Shown: positions 42,233 through 58,434 of the stretch, one piece after another
Layout: every line of letters starts with the position of its first letter
How positions within the stretch are numbered: the stretch's first letter is position 1
Assembly (NCBI GenBank): GCA_964016885.1
Contig: OZ024740.1
Coordinates: 254,076,001-254,140,000 of the forward strand
Direction of reading: 5' to 3'
Source: Eledone cirrhosa
Lineage: Eukaryota
DNA length: 64,000 nt
The notes under the pieces: generated by a model
Databases searched by the model: none
Told to the model about the DNA's origin: nothing
What the model saw: only the letters and a program-made list of their open reading frames with translations
Translations under genes and position numbers: made by a program

Positions 42233-42560
42233 CATTTCATTTTCATCATTTCATTTTATGTCCACTTTTACCCTGCTTGCAAGGGTGGGACGGGAACTGA
42301 TTCTGGCTTGATTTCTACAGCTGGATGCCCTTCCTAACACCAACCTCATTTACAGTGAGTGCTGGGTGCTTTTTTGCCGTGGCACATCCACGACCACTTT
42401 GCAGTGGTCCCTATCATCTCATTTCTACAGCTGAGTAAACTGGAGCAATGTGAAATAAAGTGTCTTGCTCAAGGAAACAACACATCACCCCGTCTGAGAA
42501 TTGAACTCACAACCTTTTGATTTCAAGGCCAATGCTCTAACCACTAAGCCATGTGCCTCC
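42233..42560 (-). mobile_element. tRNA-derived SINE
   Basis: Reverse complement full copy of 8760 family. Confidence 0.9.
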
Positions 42561-42683
42561 ATATATATATATATTATATATATATATATTATATATATAC
42601 ATATATATATTATATATATATATATATCTTATATATATTATATATATATATATTACATATATATATATATATTACATATATAT

Positions 42684-42778
<95 letters not shown>

Positions 42779-43196
42779 CTAGAGCGGATAAAATTCCCGA
42801 GATCCATGGACGAGTTCTCTCCAGCGGTCTCTGTCCCTCATTATCGCTGCCATGTCCTGCGTCTCCAATAGACCAGTGTCTGTCCTTAGGACATCAACAT
42901 ACGTTAACCTTGGTCTTCCTCTTCATTGCTGTAGTGGAGTCTGTGCTGCTGTATGGGTCTGAGACTTGGACACTGACCAAGAGACTCACTCAGATGGTGG
43001 ATGGGTGCTACACGAGAATGCTGAGGATGGCTCTGAACATTAATCAGTATACACTGAGGATGAAAAACTCAGAGCTGTATGGGAGTATCCCAAAAGTCAG
43101 CTCAAAAGTGACATAGAGGAGCGACATCCAGAGTTGACATTGCACTCAGTGCTCCTTTGGGAGCCCCTACATGGACACACTAGAAGAGGAAGACCA
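42779..43196 (-). mobile_element. 5'-inverted fragment of a second RTE-like LINE family
   Basis: 42923-43196(+) AVVESVLLYGSETWTLTK...CYTRMLRMALNI...HGHTRRGRP; 42779-42923(-) continues RGRPRLTYVDVLRTDTG...DRDRWRELV; another piece at 40852-40920. Confidence 0.85.
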
Positions 43197-43229
43197 TATT
43201 ATATATATATATATTATATATATATATAC

Positions 43230-43311
<82 letters not shown>

Positions 43312-43435
43312 TTGAAAAAAATGAAAACGAAATTTCATTTCTCACTCTTAGTATGGCACTTACTTAAATGTAAGTATGTGTGTATACGTACATACATATA
43401 TGTATACAGACGTTCAACTATCTGGCAGATAGGTA

Positions 43436-43480
43436 AACGGTGCTGATGATAGCTAACAAGCTTGAAACTAGTACATCGTT
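43436..43480 (+). ncRNA. Canonical minimal type I hammerhead ribozyme (retrozyme-like family)
   Basis: aacggtg-CTGATGA-t agct aaca agct t-GAAA-ctag-TA-catcgtt; 7-bp stem I, palindromic stem III, GUA site; lies in a fold-back copy 43311-43785. Confidence 0.88.
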
Positions 43481-43639
43481 CCTGTGTCAGTGTTGAACAA
43501 AAATGTTACGTGGTTGCCTTAACACCGTATGGCATAAATTCAGGCTGTTCGGTTTGTTGACAAACAAACGAACAAAGCGGCGTTGTAATAAACGTCCGCT
43601 AAACTGATGCGTGCATATATGTATGTGTACCTGTATGTA

Positions 43640-43720
<81 letters not shown>

Positions 43721-43799
43721 GCATGCTACTGTACGTCTGTATACATATATGTATGTACGTATACATACATACTTACATTTATATATATATATATATATT

Positions 43800-43930
<131 letters not shown>

Positions 43931-44237
43931 GTATATATATATATAATATATATATATATATATTATATACATATAAATATATACATATATATTATATATT
44001 ATAGTCCAGAATTAGCCGTCGAAACGGCTTGAGCTTAGCCTTCGGGGTCCTACTCCTTCCTATATAATATATATATATATAATATATATAATATATATAT
44101 ATATAATATATATACATATATATATATAGTAATAATAATAAAATTGAAGACTAAAATCCAAAGAGGGCTCGATAAGGATAAATATATATCAAATATATAA
44201 GAACCGTAGAGCAAATATTTATTAAATAACAGATTAA

Positions 44238-44288
44238 AGTTTAAGCAAAGAATCGCTGCTTTCACCCTTAACGGGATCTTCTGAAACT
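44238..44288 (-). ncRNA. Hammerhead-like motif, CAGAAGA core (inverted arm)
   Basis: Reverse complement of 46684-46734. Confidence 0.6.
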
Positions 44289-46683
44289 AACAAAGTCAAT
44301 CTGTAAACGCAGAACTGGATATTTCAAAAAAACGTTACAACCGGAGGAAGACAGGAAGACGATACTTTGGTTCGTGGAAACGTTCGCTGGCAAAGAACGG
44401 GAAAAAACGAATAATACGTCATTAATAGGAGCGGTGAAAAACAATTACGCGCAAAGACAGAACCACGTTTATGGTATAAAAGAGGTCGTAGACTAATGTT
44501 CTCTTAGGTGGTGCATAGAGACGTTCTCTGGCAATGAACGAAAAAACGAAGATAATACGTCATATGTGGAGCGGGGAGAACAATAGCACGCAAAGACAAA
44601 ATCACGTAAATGGTATAGCAGAAGTCGTAGACTAAAATTCTAACTAGGAGACCGAATGAATCTCCGCTACAGAGTTAAGAACAAAGTAAATAAATACAAT
44701 ACAGAAGTAATAGAAATAAATAAATACGTACACGCAAACAGATACGTACATACACAAGCATACGCAAAACCTTACCATAGGTTTACAAAACCACGCACAT
44801 ATAAATATGTGTGTGTGTGTGTATGCTTGTGTACAAATAAATAAATAATTATATAAACGTATATAAGTAAATAAATACGTATATAACAAGCGCACACACA
44901 TACCCACATATAATACACGAATGTTCGGAGACGTAAGTCAACTAAAACAGGAAGTACACATATACACACACCCACCATACGTACGAACCTGCATACTCAC
45001 GCAGACTCAAAACTCCCGTATACCCAAGCCAAACCCTAAATACCAGAATATATAAAAATTATACGCCATAACAATCAAACTTGATATAGGTTGCCAGTTT
45101 TGTCGGAATGGACGTGCACGGCGTTAGAATCCTTAATAGAACGATTTACGAAGCATTTTACCCCTACACATAAATATAGTAAAATTTTTAATAGAAATAC
45201 TATTAAAATTTCTTATTCTACGACTCCTAACCTTGCACATAACATCACAGCTTCAAATTTAGCTAAACTACCTAGCCGTAGGAACACGTGCAACCCTGTA
45301 GTTAGTACTAACTGTAATTGTAGGAATCGGGCTGATTGCCCCCTATCCGGGAAATGCCTCTCTAGTAACATTGTCTACAAATGTAAGGTTGTAACACCCA
45401 CGTCCCGTAGGGCCTACATAGGGTTAACTGCCAATAGTTTCAAGCAGCGTCTTTACATGCATACCCATTCTTTTTGTTACCCTCTAAGAAGGAATATGAC
45501 GTCACTTTCAGCTTATATCTGGAGTCTAAAAGACAACCACACCCAATATAAGTTACACTGGGAGATCCTAGCTAGGGCTAGATCGTATAACGGAAATAAA
45601 AGACCAAGTGACCTCTGCGCCGCTGAGGCCCTGGAAATACTCTACGCCACAGACCACATCTTAAACAAAAAATCTGAGGCAATTTCGGCTTGTAAACATA
45701 AATTGCACAAAACTTTCCTGTATTACAGCCCCACGTTATACCCTAACGGATAGTACGATCTATACGTGGATATTTTACGTCTTGATGTGGGAGCTAAGTA
45801 TATGTTTTGTTTATTCCTTTACTTATTTGCATAGGTAAGTATATATTACCCGTATGTTTTGTGAAGGTATGTATACCTTCTCGTACGTATATTTGATTGT
45901 TATGGCGTATAATTTTTTATATATTCTGGTATTTAGGGTTTGGCTTGGGTATACGAGAGTTTTGAGTCTGCGTGAGTATGCAGGTTCGTACGTATGGTGG
46001 GTGTGTGTATATGTGTACTTCTTGTTTTAGTTGACTTACGTCTCCGAACATTCGTGTATTTATATGTGGGTATGTGTGTGCGCTTGTTATATACGTATTT
46101 ATTTACTTATATACGTTTATATAATTATTTATTTATGTGTACACAAGCATACACACACACACACATATTTATATGTGCGTGGTTTTGTATACCTATGGTA
46201 AGGTTTTGCGTATGCTTGTGTATGTACGTATCTGTTTGCGTGTACGTATTTATTTATTTCTATTACTTCTGTATCGTATTTATTTACTTTGTTCTTAACT
46301 CTGTAGCGGAGATTCATTCGGTCTCCTAGTTAGAATTTTAGTCTACGACTTCTGCTATACCATTTACGTGATTTTGTCTTTGCGTGCTATTGTTCTCCAC
46401 GCTCCACATATGACGTATTATCTTCGTTTTTTCGTTCATTGCCAGAGAACGTCTCTATGCACCACCTAAGAGAACATTAGTCTACGACCTCTTTTATACC
46501 ATAAACGTGGTTCTGTCTTTGCGCGTAATTGTTTTTCACCGCTCCTATTAATGACGTATTATTCGTTTTTTCCCGTTCTTTGCCAGCGAACGTTTCCACG
46601 AACCAAAGTATCGTCTTCCTGTCTTCCTCCGGTTGCAACGTTTTTTGAAATATCCAGTTCTGCGTTTACAGATTGACTTTGTT

Positions 46684-46734
46684 AGTTTCAGAAGATCCCG
46701 TTAAGGGTGAAAGCAGCGATTCTTTGCTTAAACT
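46684..46734 (+). ncRNA. Hammerhead-like motif, CAGAAGA core
   Basis: agttt-CAGAAGA-t ccc gttaa ggg t-GAAA-gcag cgattct ttgc-TT-aaact at the PLE 3' end. Confidence 0.62.
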
Positions 46735-46764
46735 TTAATCTGTTATTTAATAAATAATTAATAT

Positions 46765-46849
<85 letters not shown>

Positions 46850-46968
46850 TATATATATAATATATATATATATAATATATATACATATATATAATATATA
46901 TATATATATATATAATATATATATATATAAATATATATATATATAATATCTATATATATATAATATAT

Positions 46969-47033
<65 letters not shown>

Positions 47034-47049
47034 TATATATATAATATAT

Positions 47050-47122
<73 letters not shown>

Positions 47123-47124
<2 letters not shown>

Positions 47125-49216
47125 CCTAATATTACCAACAATCACCAAATGAAACATACACACCTAAATGCCACTCACACTATACCCAAAAATACCAACA
47201 TAAAACCAAATTTCTCTAACTCTTCTAATATACAATATAGTAACTCTCAAAAAACTATTCATCCTACTACTCTAATAAATGTTAATAATAAAACTCCTAA
47301 TAAACAAGCTAAAACACCTAAATCAATGAATCTAACTAAAAATGTGTGTGGTGAAGTCATTAACAATAATTCTCTTAATAAACATCAGGATACATCCTAT
47401 AAAAATAATAAACAACATCGAAACCGTAATAGACGAGTTACTTGGTATAATGCTCCATTTAATTTACAAATTAAGGATAATATACCTAAAAAAATTTTTT
47501 ATATCCTAGAGAAGAACTTCCCGCCAAACCACAAATACCATCAAATTTTAAATAGATCAACGGTTAAATTCTCCTACTCAACAACCAAAAACATAAAACA
47601 AAATATAAGTGCTTATAATGCATATAAATGTTTAAAAAAACCATGAGTCTACCACCAATACATCAAACTAACCATAATATCTCCTCTGATACAGGATTCA
47701 CGAAAAGTTGTAACTGTAGAAACAAAGCAAATTGCCCATTAAAAGGATATTGCCTTATAATTAACATAGAATATAAATGTAAAGTTAACACTAAGGACTC
47801 AATTTATTCATATAAAGAGCTACCTCTAGCCAATTTAAAGTAAGATTTAATACCCACAAACACAGTTTTAAAAATGCCGCATTAGCTAATACAACATCTT
47901 TAGCTGAAATAATTAATAATTATAGAAAGAGGAATATAGATTATGACCTGACCTGAATGTAGATTGTGTTCCCAAGAACTTTTTGAAATAATGAAATCTA
48001 AGGATATCCTATTAAATAAGCGACAGGAATTAATAATATCGTGTAATCATAAACTGAGAAAAACCTTTAAATATTATAAACCTAATTAATATACATTTTA
48101 GAAATTATTATAATAACACTTTATTTTAATTTAGTTAACCTATAATTAATACTCTACTACTAATGAACTACATAATTTTATTTTCCTTTTTACAACTATC
48201 TTTTCCTAAAATTAAGTATACATATATACTGTTTTAATTTCAGATTATAATTCTATGTTCCTTGTAATCTCTATATATTTGTTATTTCTCACTAAAAAAT
48301 GTAACCCCCCCCCCCCCATAATTATATATATATATATTTTTTTATTTCCCCTCGTCTTTAACAGCACTCTTCAATTACATCTAACTCTTATTTATCATAT
48401 CTATATGCATTAATATAATTTTATCAATATAAATATACCTATCAATTTAATTAATTTATTTTATTTTCATAGATGTAAATTCCATATATATTTTTTTCAC
48501 TAACACTTTTATCCTAAAATTTTAGTCTCCTTAGATATTTACATTGGCATTATTCTTTTATAACAGCAATTTTTCGTGTACCTTTTACCGACCTGACCTA
48601 TTTTCACCCCTAAAATAACCGTTTCATTCTTCATACTCCTTCCATTCAAAACTGAAATCTGCCTTCTTCTACCTCTAAATTAAACTTCCATTACTACTAT
48701 TTTACCATTTAGCCAGTTATTACCTTTCTATTGGTCAATTCAAAACCTGTTCCCAAACAGACCTATTATATTAAATCTTTGTTAGTTTTATTCAATGAAC
48801 AAATATAATTATTTCTGAAGACAGCATATGACCTATTTTCATCCCTAAAATAATCTTTCATTCATAATATTCTTTCCATCCAAAACTGAAATCTACCTTC
48901 CTCTACCCATAAATTAAGGTTCTTTTACTACTATTTTACCATCTTGACCTTCACTATCTTTCTATTGGTCAATTCAAAACCTGTTCCCAAACAGACCTAT
49001 TGTATTAAATCTTTGTTGGTTTTTTTCAATAAACAAATATCATTATTTCTGAAGACAGCATATATATGTGTAAGTATGTATATTCCCCCTGATAGTTTGT
49101 AAAAATTTTACATAGATCTATAGGATATGCATACCAACACTAACATATATATTCCTAGAAACGATCGTAAAATGATGAATTTTTTAATATAAGGAACTGT
49201 TTCTTTGTTTATTCAT

Positions 49217-49230
<14 letters not shown>
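47123..49230 (+). mobile_element. Degenerate PLE 3' fragment (linker, GIY-YIG, 3' UTR, HHR)
   Basis: RRVTWYNAPFN...HKYHQILNRSTVKFSYSTTKN; CNCRNKANCPL; ~240-bp UTR tandem duplication at ~48590-49065. Confidence 0.85.
49040..49178 (+). ncRNA. Type I hammerhead ribozyme, long stem II
   Basis: tcattattt-CTGAAGA-hairpin-GAAA-cgatcg-TA-aaatgatga. Confidence 0.8.
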
Positions 49231-49259
<29 letters not shown>

Positions 49260-49759
49260 GACTGTTATTTCTAGCAGTACGGTTATGAGGCTAGCTAGAA
49301 ACTGTGAACCATGTGCGTTACACAGTCTTTTAAATTATTTAGAAGTGAAGCATATCAATTTGTCCCTGGATGTTTACTGAAGAGATCAGGACATGATATT
49401 CCTTACACTTATTCATCTCGAAACATATTTGGATTTTAAAGTTTAAACTTATCTACGGAACAGGTTTGATTTTGAAATTTAAATGTGTCTAAACATCATA
49501 GCCATTTGGCAATGCAGTTCGTCTTTGTTGATTTATTATTTTAAATCGATATGGATAAACTGTAATATTATAATTAGTATACTTCATTCTGGCTAAATCT
49601 TCTTTTGCAATATAAATACAGATGTGTTGGTATTTGTGTTTCATCATATATATTAGTTTATACACGGCTCAGAAATATTTCTTTCTTCGAGCTAATTCCA
49701 TTGTAAAAGAATTCATTACACTTAATAATATAATATATATATATATAATATAGTTTGTA

Positions 49760-50567
49760 TTAGAATTTTTGTAGAGTAGCGGAACCCTAAGATATCGTAT
49801 TAGTATTCATTTTCGGGATTCTGAAATATTATTTCGTATTAATTTCGCGACTCTGAATTATTATTTCGTAGTAGTTTCTTTAGTATTTTGGCCCCCTACT
49901 TGTTGACCTGTCACTGTAAGATAGATTTGGATGATTACTACTAACTCATGAAATTCTTTCACTACAATCTCGTATTTAGTATTCCGTCCCACCTATTAAA
50001 CTTTTCTGTAGTTTGGCAGTACCAGTGAGAGACTTGATGATTGTGGTAAGGGAATAGTAACCAGAAATTGTGTTTATTTTATATTTTTAACATTCTTATT
50101 ATTATTCTATGTATTTACTCCATATTGATTTACTTATTGTTTCGACTTCCTCCCTCTCACCCTCCCTAGTATACTTTCTCGACCTCTTATCCTTAGGATC
50201 CTGCTATAGTTGGCACTATCAACGCACGACTGGGTTTCCTCCACTCCCTCTCCCTCTTTCTTCTACTGGCAAGTTCAGCTACCCCTTCCTTCCACAAAAT
50301 GCCATAATAGAATTATGTGTCTCAACAACAAACTTTTGACCAATCCTTGTGACAATCACTTTTACCATATATGGAATTACCCCCTGAGAAGCTCGGCTAT
50401 TCATGTACCAGGATAAAAATTTTCATTTAGTACAGAATTAGCCGTCGAAACGGCTTGAGCTCAGCCGTCGGGGTCCTACTCGTTCCTATTACCCACTCTA
50501 CTACCCTAAGTATTGAGTACTTTGGTGCGTTATGGTCCATCTGGTTCCTTACCACATTTCCTTCGTT
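49760..50567 (+). mobile_element. PLE 3' UTR/pLTR with HHR-like motif
   Basis: Diverged reverse complement of ~52531-53320; motif at 50379-50474. Confidence 0.75.
50379..50474 (+). ncRNA. Hammerhead-like motif, CUGAGAA core, GUC site
   Basis: acccc-CTGAGAA-g ct cggcta...tagccg tc-GAAA-cggct tgagctc agccg-TC-ggggt. Confidence 0.65.
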
Positions 50568-50891
50568 ATATATATTATATATATATATTATATATATATA
50601 TTATATATATATATATTATATATGTGTATATATATATATTATATATATATATATTATATATATATATATATATTATATATGTATATTATATATATATATA
50701 TTATTATATATATATATTATTATATATATTATTATATATATATATTATATATATATATTATATATATATATTATATATATGATATATATACATATTATAT
50801 ATATATATATATTATATTATATATATATATTATATTATATATATACATATATATTATATATATATATTATATATATTATATATATATACGA

Positions 50892-50942
<51 letters not shown>

Positions 50943-50969
50943 ACGAGTATATATATATATATATATATA

Positions 50970-51737
50970 TAAGTATGTATACGTACATACATATATGTAT
51001 ACAGACGTACAGTAGTATGTATATATATATACATACATGCACACATATATATATGTACGTATGGATTCACCGAACATTTATTATAATGCTCGGTGTGTTT
51101 TTAAACAAACATCCCGAATTAAGCTGTACAGTGTCTAGCAACCATCGTTGCTCATTTGTTCAACACTGACAAAGGAACGGTGTACTAGTTTCAAGCTTAT
51201 TAGCTATCGTCAGCTACGTATACCTTCCTGCCAGATGGTTGAACGTCTGAAAGTATATACTTTCCTTATGCATATTAACGGCTTAGCAGCCTAATTTGCA
51301 TATCGAGTGAGTTAATCGGCCGAGGTACCGAAAACGATAAACGGAAAAAATGAAACGAAATTTCATTTCTCACTCTTAGTACTGCTATTACTTAAATATA
51401 AGTATGTATACGTACATACATATATGTATACAGATGTACAGTAGTATGTATATATATATATATATATACATGCACACATATATATATGTCCGCATGGATT
51501 CACCGAACATTTATTATAATGCTCGGTGTGTTTGTAAACAAACATCCCGAATTAAGCCGTACAGTGTCTAGCAACCATCGTTGCTCATTTGTTCAACACT
51601 GACAAAGGAACGCTGTATTAGTTTCAAGCTTATTAGCTATCGTCAGCAACGTATACCTTCCTGCCAGATGGTTGAACGTCTGAAAGTACAGCCGTACTAA
51701 GAGTGAGAAATGAAATTTCGTTTCATTTTCTCCGTTT
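50970..51737 (-). mobile_element. Retrozyme-like tandem repeat, 433-nt monomer, two HHRs
   Basis: HHRs at 51177-51219 and 51610-51652; no credible ORF; short inverted copy of the repeat end at 51689-51737. Confidence 0.8.
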
Positions 51738-51939
51738 ATATATATATATATACATATATATACATATATATATATATATAAACAAGGTTTAGTAAATAAT
51801 GAAAAAGTTTCAAAATAAATTTTAAAAAATTGACTTTACCTACTATAGTTACCTTTACCACTCTCATCCCAGGAACAGTTTTTGATAGCGCTAGTTTGTG
51901 ATTTAAATTCAGGAATTTTATAATCTTTGAATGAAAAGA

Positions 51940-52023
51940 ACCTTCTGACGAGAATCTTTCTTTGCAACGAAGGCCGTATGGCCTCCGTTTTATTTTGGGG
52001 ATTCGAAACCGATCGGTAAAGGT
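51940..52023 (+). ncRNA. Canonical type I hammerhead ribozyme
   Basis: acctt-CTGACGA-gaatctt...gggattc-GAAA-ccgatcgg-TA-aaggt; inside inverted repeat 51779-51859/52015-52097. Confidence 0.88.
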
Positions 52024-52196
52024 AACTATAGTAGGTAAAGTCAATTTTTTAAAATTTATTTTGAAACTTTTTCATTATTTACTAAACCTTGTTTATATTT
52101 GTTCTGGCTCGTTAATTTATTAACCCGCCATTGAACCACACTGGCATTTGGTTGGACAATACATGCGTACCTTGGCGCCTTGTGCGTGAAGGAACG

Positions 52197-52365
<169 letters not shown>

Positions 52366-52377
52366 CATATATGTATA

Positions 52378-53972
<1,595 letters not shown>

Positions 53973-54318
53973 ATATATATTATATATATATATATATTAT
54001 ATATATATATTATATATATATATTATATATATATATATATTATATATGTGTATATATATATATTATATATATATATATTATATATATATATATATTATAT
54101 ATGTATATTATATATATATATATATATTATTATATATATATATTATTATATATATTATTATATATATATATTATATATATATATTATATATATAATATAT
54201 ATACATATTATATATATATATATATATATTATATTATATATATATATATTATATTATATATATATATATATTTATTATATATATATATATATATTATATA
54301 TATTATATATATATACGA

Positions 54319-54389
<71 letters not shown>

Positions 54390-54409
54390 ACGAGTATATA
54401 TATATATAT

Positions 54410-55178
54410 AAGTATCTATACGTACATACATATATGTATACAGACGTACAGTAGTATGTATATATATATATACATACATGCACACATATATATATGTACG
54501 TATGGATTCACCGAACATTTATTATAATGCTCGGTGTGTTTTTAAACAAACATCCCGAATTAAGCTGTACAGTGTCTAGCAACCATCGTTGCTCATTTGT
54601 TCAACACTGACAAAGGAACGGTGTACTAGTTTCAAGCTTATTAGCTATCGTCAGCTACGTATACCTTCCTGCCAGATGGTTGAACGTCTGAAAGTATATA
54701 CTTTCCTTATGCATATTAACGGCTTAGCAGCCTAATTTGCATATCGAGTGAGTTAATAGGCCGAGGTACCGAAAACGATAAACGGAAAAAATGAAACGAA
54801 ATTTCATTTCTCACTCTTAGTACTGCTGTTACTTAAATATAAGTATGTATACGTACATACATATATGTATACAGATGTACAGTAGTATGTATATATATAT
54901 ATATATATACATGCACACATATATATATGTCTGCATGGATTCACCGAACATTTATTATAATGCTCGGTGTGTTTGTAAACAAACATCCCGAATTAAGCCG
55001 TACAGTGTCTAGCAACCATCGTTGCTCATTTGTTCAACACTGACAAAGGAACGCTGTATTAGTTTCAAGCTTATTAGCTATCGTCAGCAACGTATACCTT
55101 CCTGCCAGATGGTTGAACGTCTGAAAGTACAGCCGTACTAAGAGTGAGAAATGAAATTTCGTTTCATTTTCTCCGTTT
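54410..55178 (-). mobile_element. Retrozyme-like tandem repeat, second dimer
   Basis: HHRs at 54618-54660 and 55051-55093, 433 nt apart. Confidence 0.8.
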
Positions 55179-55194
55179 ATATATATATATATAC

Positions 55195-55297
<103 letters not shown>

Positions 55298-55311
55298 CAT
55301 ATATGTATATA

Positions 55312-55345
<34 letters not shown>

Positions 55346-55346
55346 C

Positions 55347-55474
<128 letters not shown>

Positions 55475-55528
55475 TGTTATATTTGGGGAGGGTCATATTT
55501 GCGTAATATTGCCAGAATTAATATATAT

Positions 55529-56374
55529 ATAGGAACGAGTAGAACCCCGACGGCTGAGCTCAAGCCGTTTCGACGGTTAATTCTGGACTAAATGAAAATT
55601 TTTATCCTGGTATATGAATAGACGAGCTTCTCAGGGGGTAATTCCATATATGATAAAAGTGATTGTCACAAGGATTGGTCAAAAGTTTGTTTTTGAGACA
55701 CATAATTCTATCATGGCGATTTGTGGAAGGAAGGGGTAGCTGAACCTGCCAGTAGAAGAAAGAGGGATATGGTGTGGAGGAAACCCAGTCGTGCGTTGAT
55801 AGTGCCAACTACAGCAGGGCAGGAGGTCAAGGAAGTATACTAGGGAGGGGGAGGGGGAGGAAGTCGAAACAATAAGTAAAACAATACGGGGTAAATATAT
55901 AGAAGAATACCGAGAATGTTAAAAAAACAATTAAATATAAAAAAAAACAATTTCTGGTTACTATTCCCTAACGACAGCCATGAAGTCTCTCACTGGTACT
56001 GCTAGACTATAGAAAAGTTTACTAGGTGGGATGGAATTATAATGAGACCCTTTTAAGAGGTAGTAGTAATCGACCGAGTATATCTTACGGTGACGGGTCA
56101 ACAAGTGGGGGGCCAAAATACTAAAGAAACTACCACGAAATATTAATTCCGAGTCCTGAGACTAATACGAAATAATTTTTTCTACCCTAGGCACAAGGCC
56201 AGCAACCACCCAGTGCAAAAAATAAACTAATACGAAATAATATTTCAGAATCCCGAAAAAGAATACTAATACTATCTCTAAGGGTGCCGCTACGATACAA
56301 AAGTTCTAGTGCAAACTACATAAATGCTCGTACGAAGTATATGAAAAATTTGATACGGAAAATTAATTCAGAAT

Positions 56375-56405
<31 letters not shown>

Positions 56406-56980
56406 AAAATACTGATATACGAGAAATTAAAGCAAAGATACCACTAAGAAATGTGGAAAGCACGGAAAAGGGGCAGCTATCGGATAAGAAAGCAAATATC
56501 CGGGGTCTATCACATCTGCTTTAAAAAGCGGAGTCGGCCAATTCTATCATAGCATAGGGGAAGGGGTGGGGGTACTGAGGCTACAAAGGACTGAGGGGCT
56601 GCCTCGGGTGGGCGAGAAAGTGAAAAGGACGACGACAAAGAAAGAGGACTGGGTGGAAGGACTAGGAAGGGATGGGGGAAGAAGGAAATATAGAGGAAGC
56701 GAAAAAAAGATATAAAAGAAGATCTTACGTCTACCTTTGCAAGCAGGGGTTACCCATTACAAAGTCGGCAAGTGGGGTGTTACAGCCCTTGTCTACCCCC
56801 CCCCCCGGGGGGGTCATTATGGGGTTTGAGAGCGAGGTAAGTCCTACGCAATCTGTGTTTGCATGCAGTTACCAGTTACTCGTTCCTATTACTCGTTCCT
56901 ATTACGCACTCTACTACCCTAAGTATTGAGTACTTTGGTGCGTTATGGTCCACCTGGTTCCTTACCACATTTCCTTCGTT
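55529..56980 (-). mobile_element. Duplicate of PLE 3' fragment 52531-53972
   Basis: Near-identical sequence; HHR-like motif 55544-55639. Confidence 0.8.
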
Positions 56981-57420
56981 ATATATATATATAAACAAAC
57001 ATAAATTATCGAGATTCCCATTTCGGCCCACGAAATAACGAGATGTGCGGCAAGTGCTCAATGATTCAGATGAACCAGAGCTATAACAAACGTTAAAGGC
57101 CAAACACACTGAGACGATGGTTAAACAATCATTCGCATAGCCAAAAAAACGATCAAGTAATTCGGGTATCGAAAATTTACCCGGACCCCTGGAAGGTTGG
57201 TAAAATCCAGTATAAGGGTTTCTGCGGCTCCTAAATCAAGTACCGTCCGCCTACATAAATAATGTCAGGCTTCTGGTAAGATGATTGAACAAGGAAGCCA
57301 CTTTCTCAATAGGTTTTATTTCAATGTTCATACAAGGACTGACTATTGCTGACCCCACGTGGGGATCGGCAAGGGAGGCAACCCCTATATCAGGCGAATG
57401 AATTCAGTTGTGTATATTTT

Positions 57421-57485
<65 letters not shown>

Positions 57486-57623
57486 AATATAAATTAGCGA
57501 GAATCGTATTTCGGCTTTGGAATTAGCGAAAAACTATATATATATAAGCTGTTTTGGAAATATTAAATATTCTTTACAGGTTGATAAAATCTCTTTTTAG
57601 ACTACATGTATTGATATAACTTA

Positions 57624-57662
<39 letters not shown>

Positions 57663-57871
57663 CGTTTCTGAATTTTTTTAACAAGATTCTTTATCTGAAA
57701 ACGTGTGTTGAAACCGATATTGTTATACTTTGGGAGGGTCATGTTGCCAATAAGAAACACACGCACCATGCGCTTTCACTCCAATTTATTATAAATTAAA
57801 TTATAAATTCAAAAATATATAAATTTCTGGTTGGTTGGTTGGTTCCACAACCGGACGGTTGTTCATATATT

Positions 57872-57914
57872 GTCAAAGTTCTTTCGTCACACATTCTGTG
57901 ACCTCTTCAGTAAC
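57872..57914 (-). ncRNA. Minimal type I hammerhead ribozyme
   Basis: gtta-CTGAAGA-g gtcaca gaatg tgtgac-GAAA-gaac-TT-tgac; same family as 6922. Confidence 0.75.
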
Positions 57915-58219
57915 CCGGGATTCTTTTCTTTGTTTTGTGCTTCTCCTTTGTTCTGTCCTACGCCATCTTGTTTTTGTGTGTGTTGTGTGGTTAGTTTGCG
58001 CATGTGTTACATCCGGGTGTCTGTGTCTGTATTTGTTTATTTATTTGTTTATTTACATGTTACTGGTTGGTTATTTGTTCTATGTGTGTGTGTTTTCATT
58101 TTGTCCTTAATTGTAAGTTGTGATGTTGCTATTCCATTCATGTTTTCTATTTAATTTTGGCTGGAGTTCATTTATGTTTATTGCCTCTGTGATTTGTCTA
58201 AACATTGCGTCTTTTCTGC

Positions 58220-58279
<60 letters not shown>

Positions 58280-58288
<9 letters not shown>

Positions 58289-58390
58289 CCCTTTTTGTAC
58301 AGCCGACCATATTATTCTTTAGTCTTTCACTATATATATATATATATAGTGAAAGCCTGAAGAATAACATGGTCGGCTGTACAAAAAGGG

Positions 58391-58400
<10 letters not shown>
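58280..58400. repeat. Short palindrome centred on (TA)n
   Basis: aaataccctttttgtacagccgaccat...atggtcggctgtacaaaaagggtattt. Confidence 0.88.

Positions 58401-58434
<34 letters not shown>

Larger units (their letters stand above)
44216..46756 (+). mobile_element. PLE 3' fragment (GIY-YIG) with ~865-bp inverted terminal copy
   Basis: Arms 44216-45079 and 45892-46756; ORF 45091-45753: HKYSKIFNRNTIKISYS, CNCRNRADCPL, NIVYKC...AYIGLT...FKQRLYMH, LNKKSEAISACKH. Confidence 0.92.

Noticed and set aside
49370-49435. CTGAAGA...GAAA hammerhead candidate
   Set aside because: No convincing NUH triplet or stem I.
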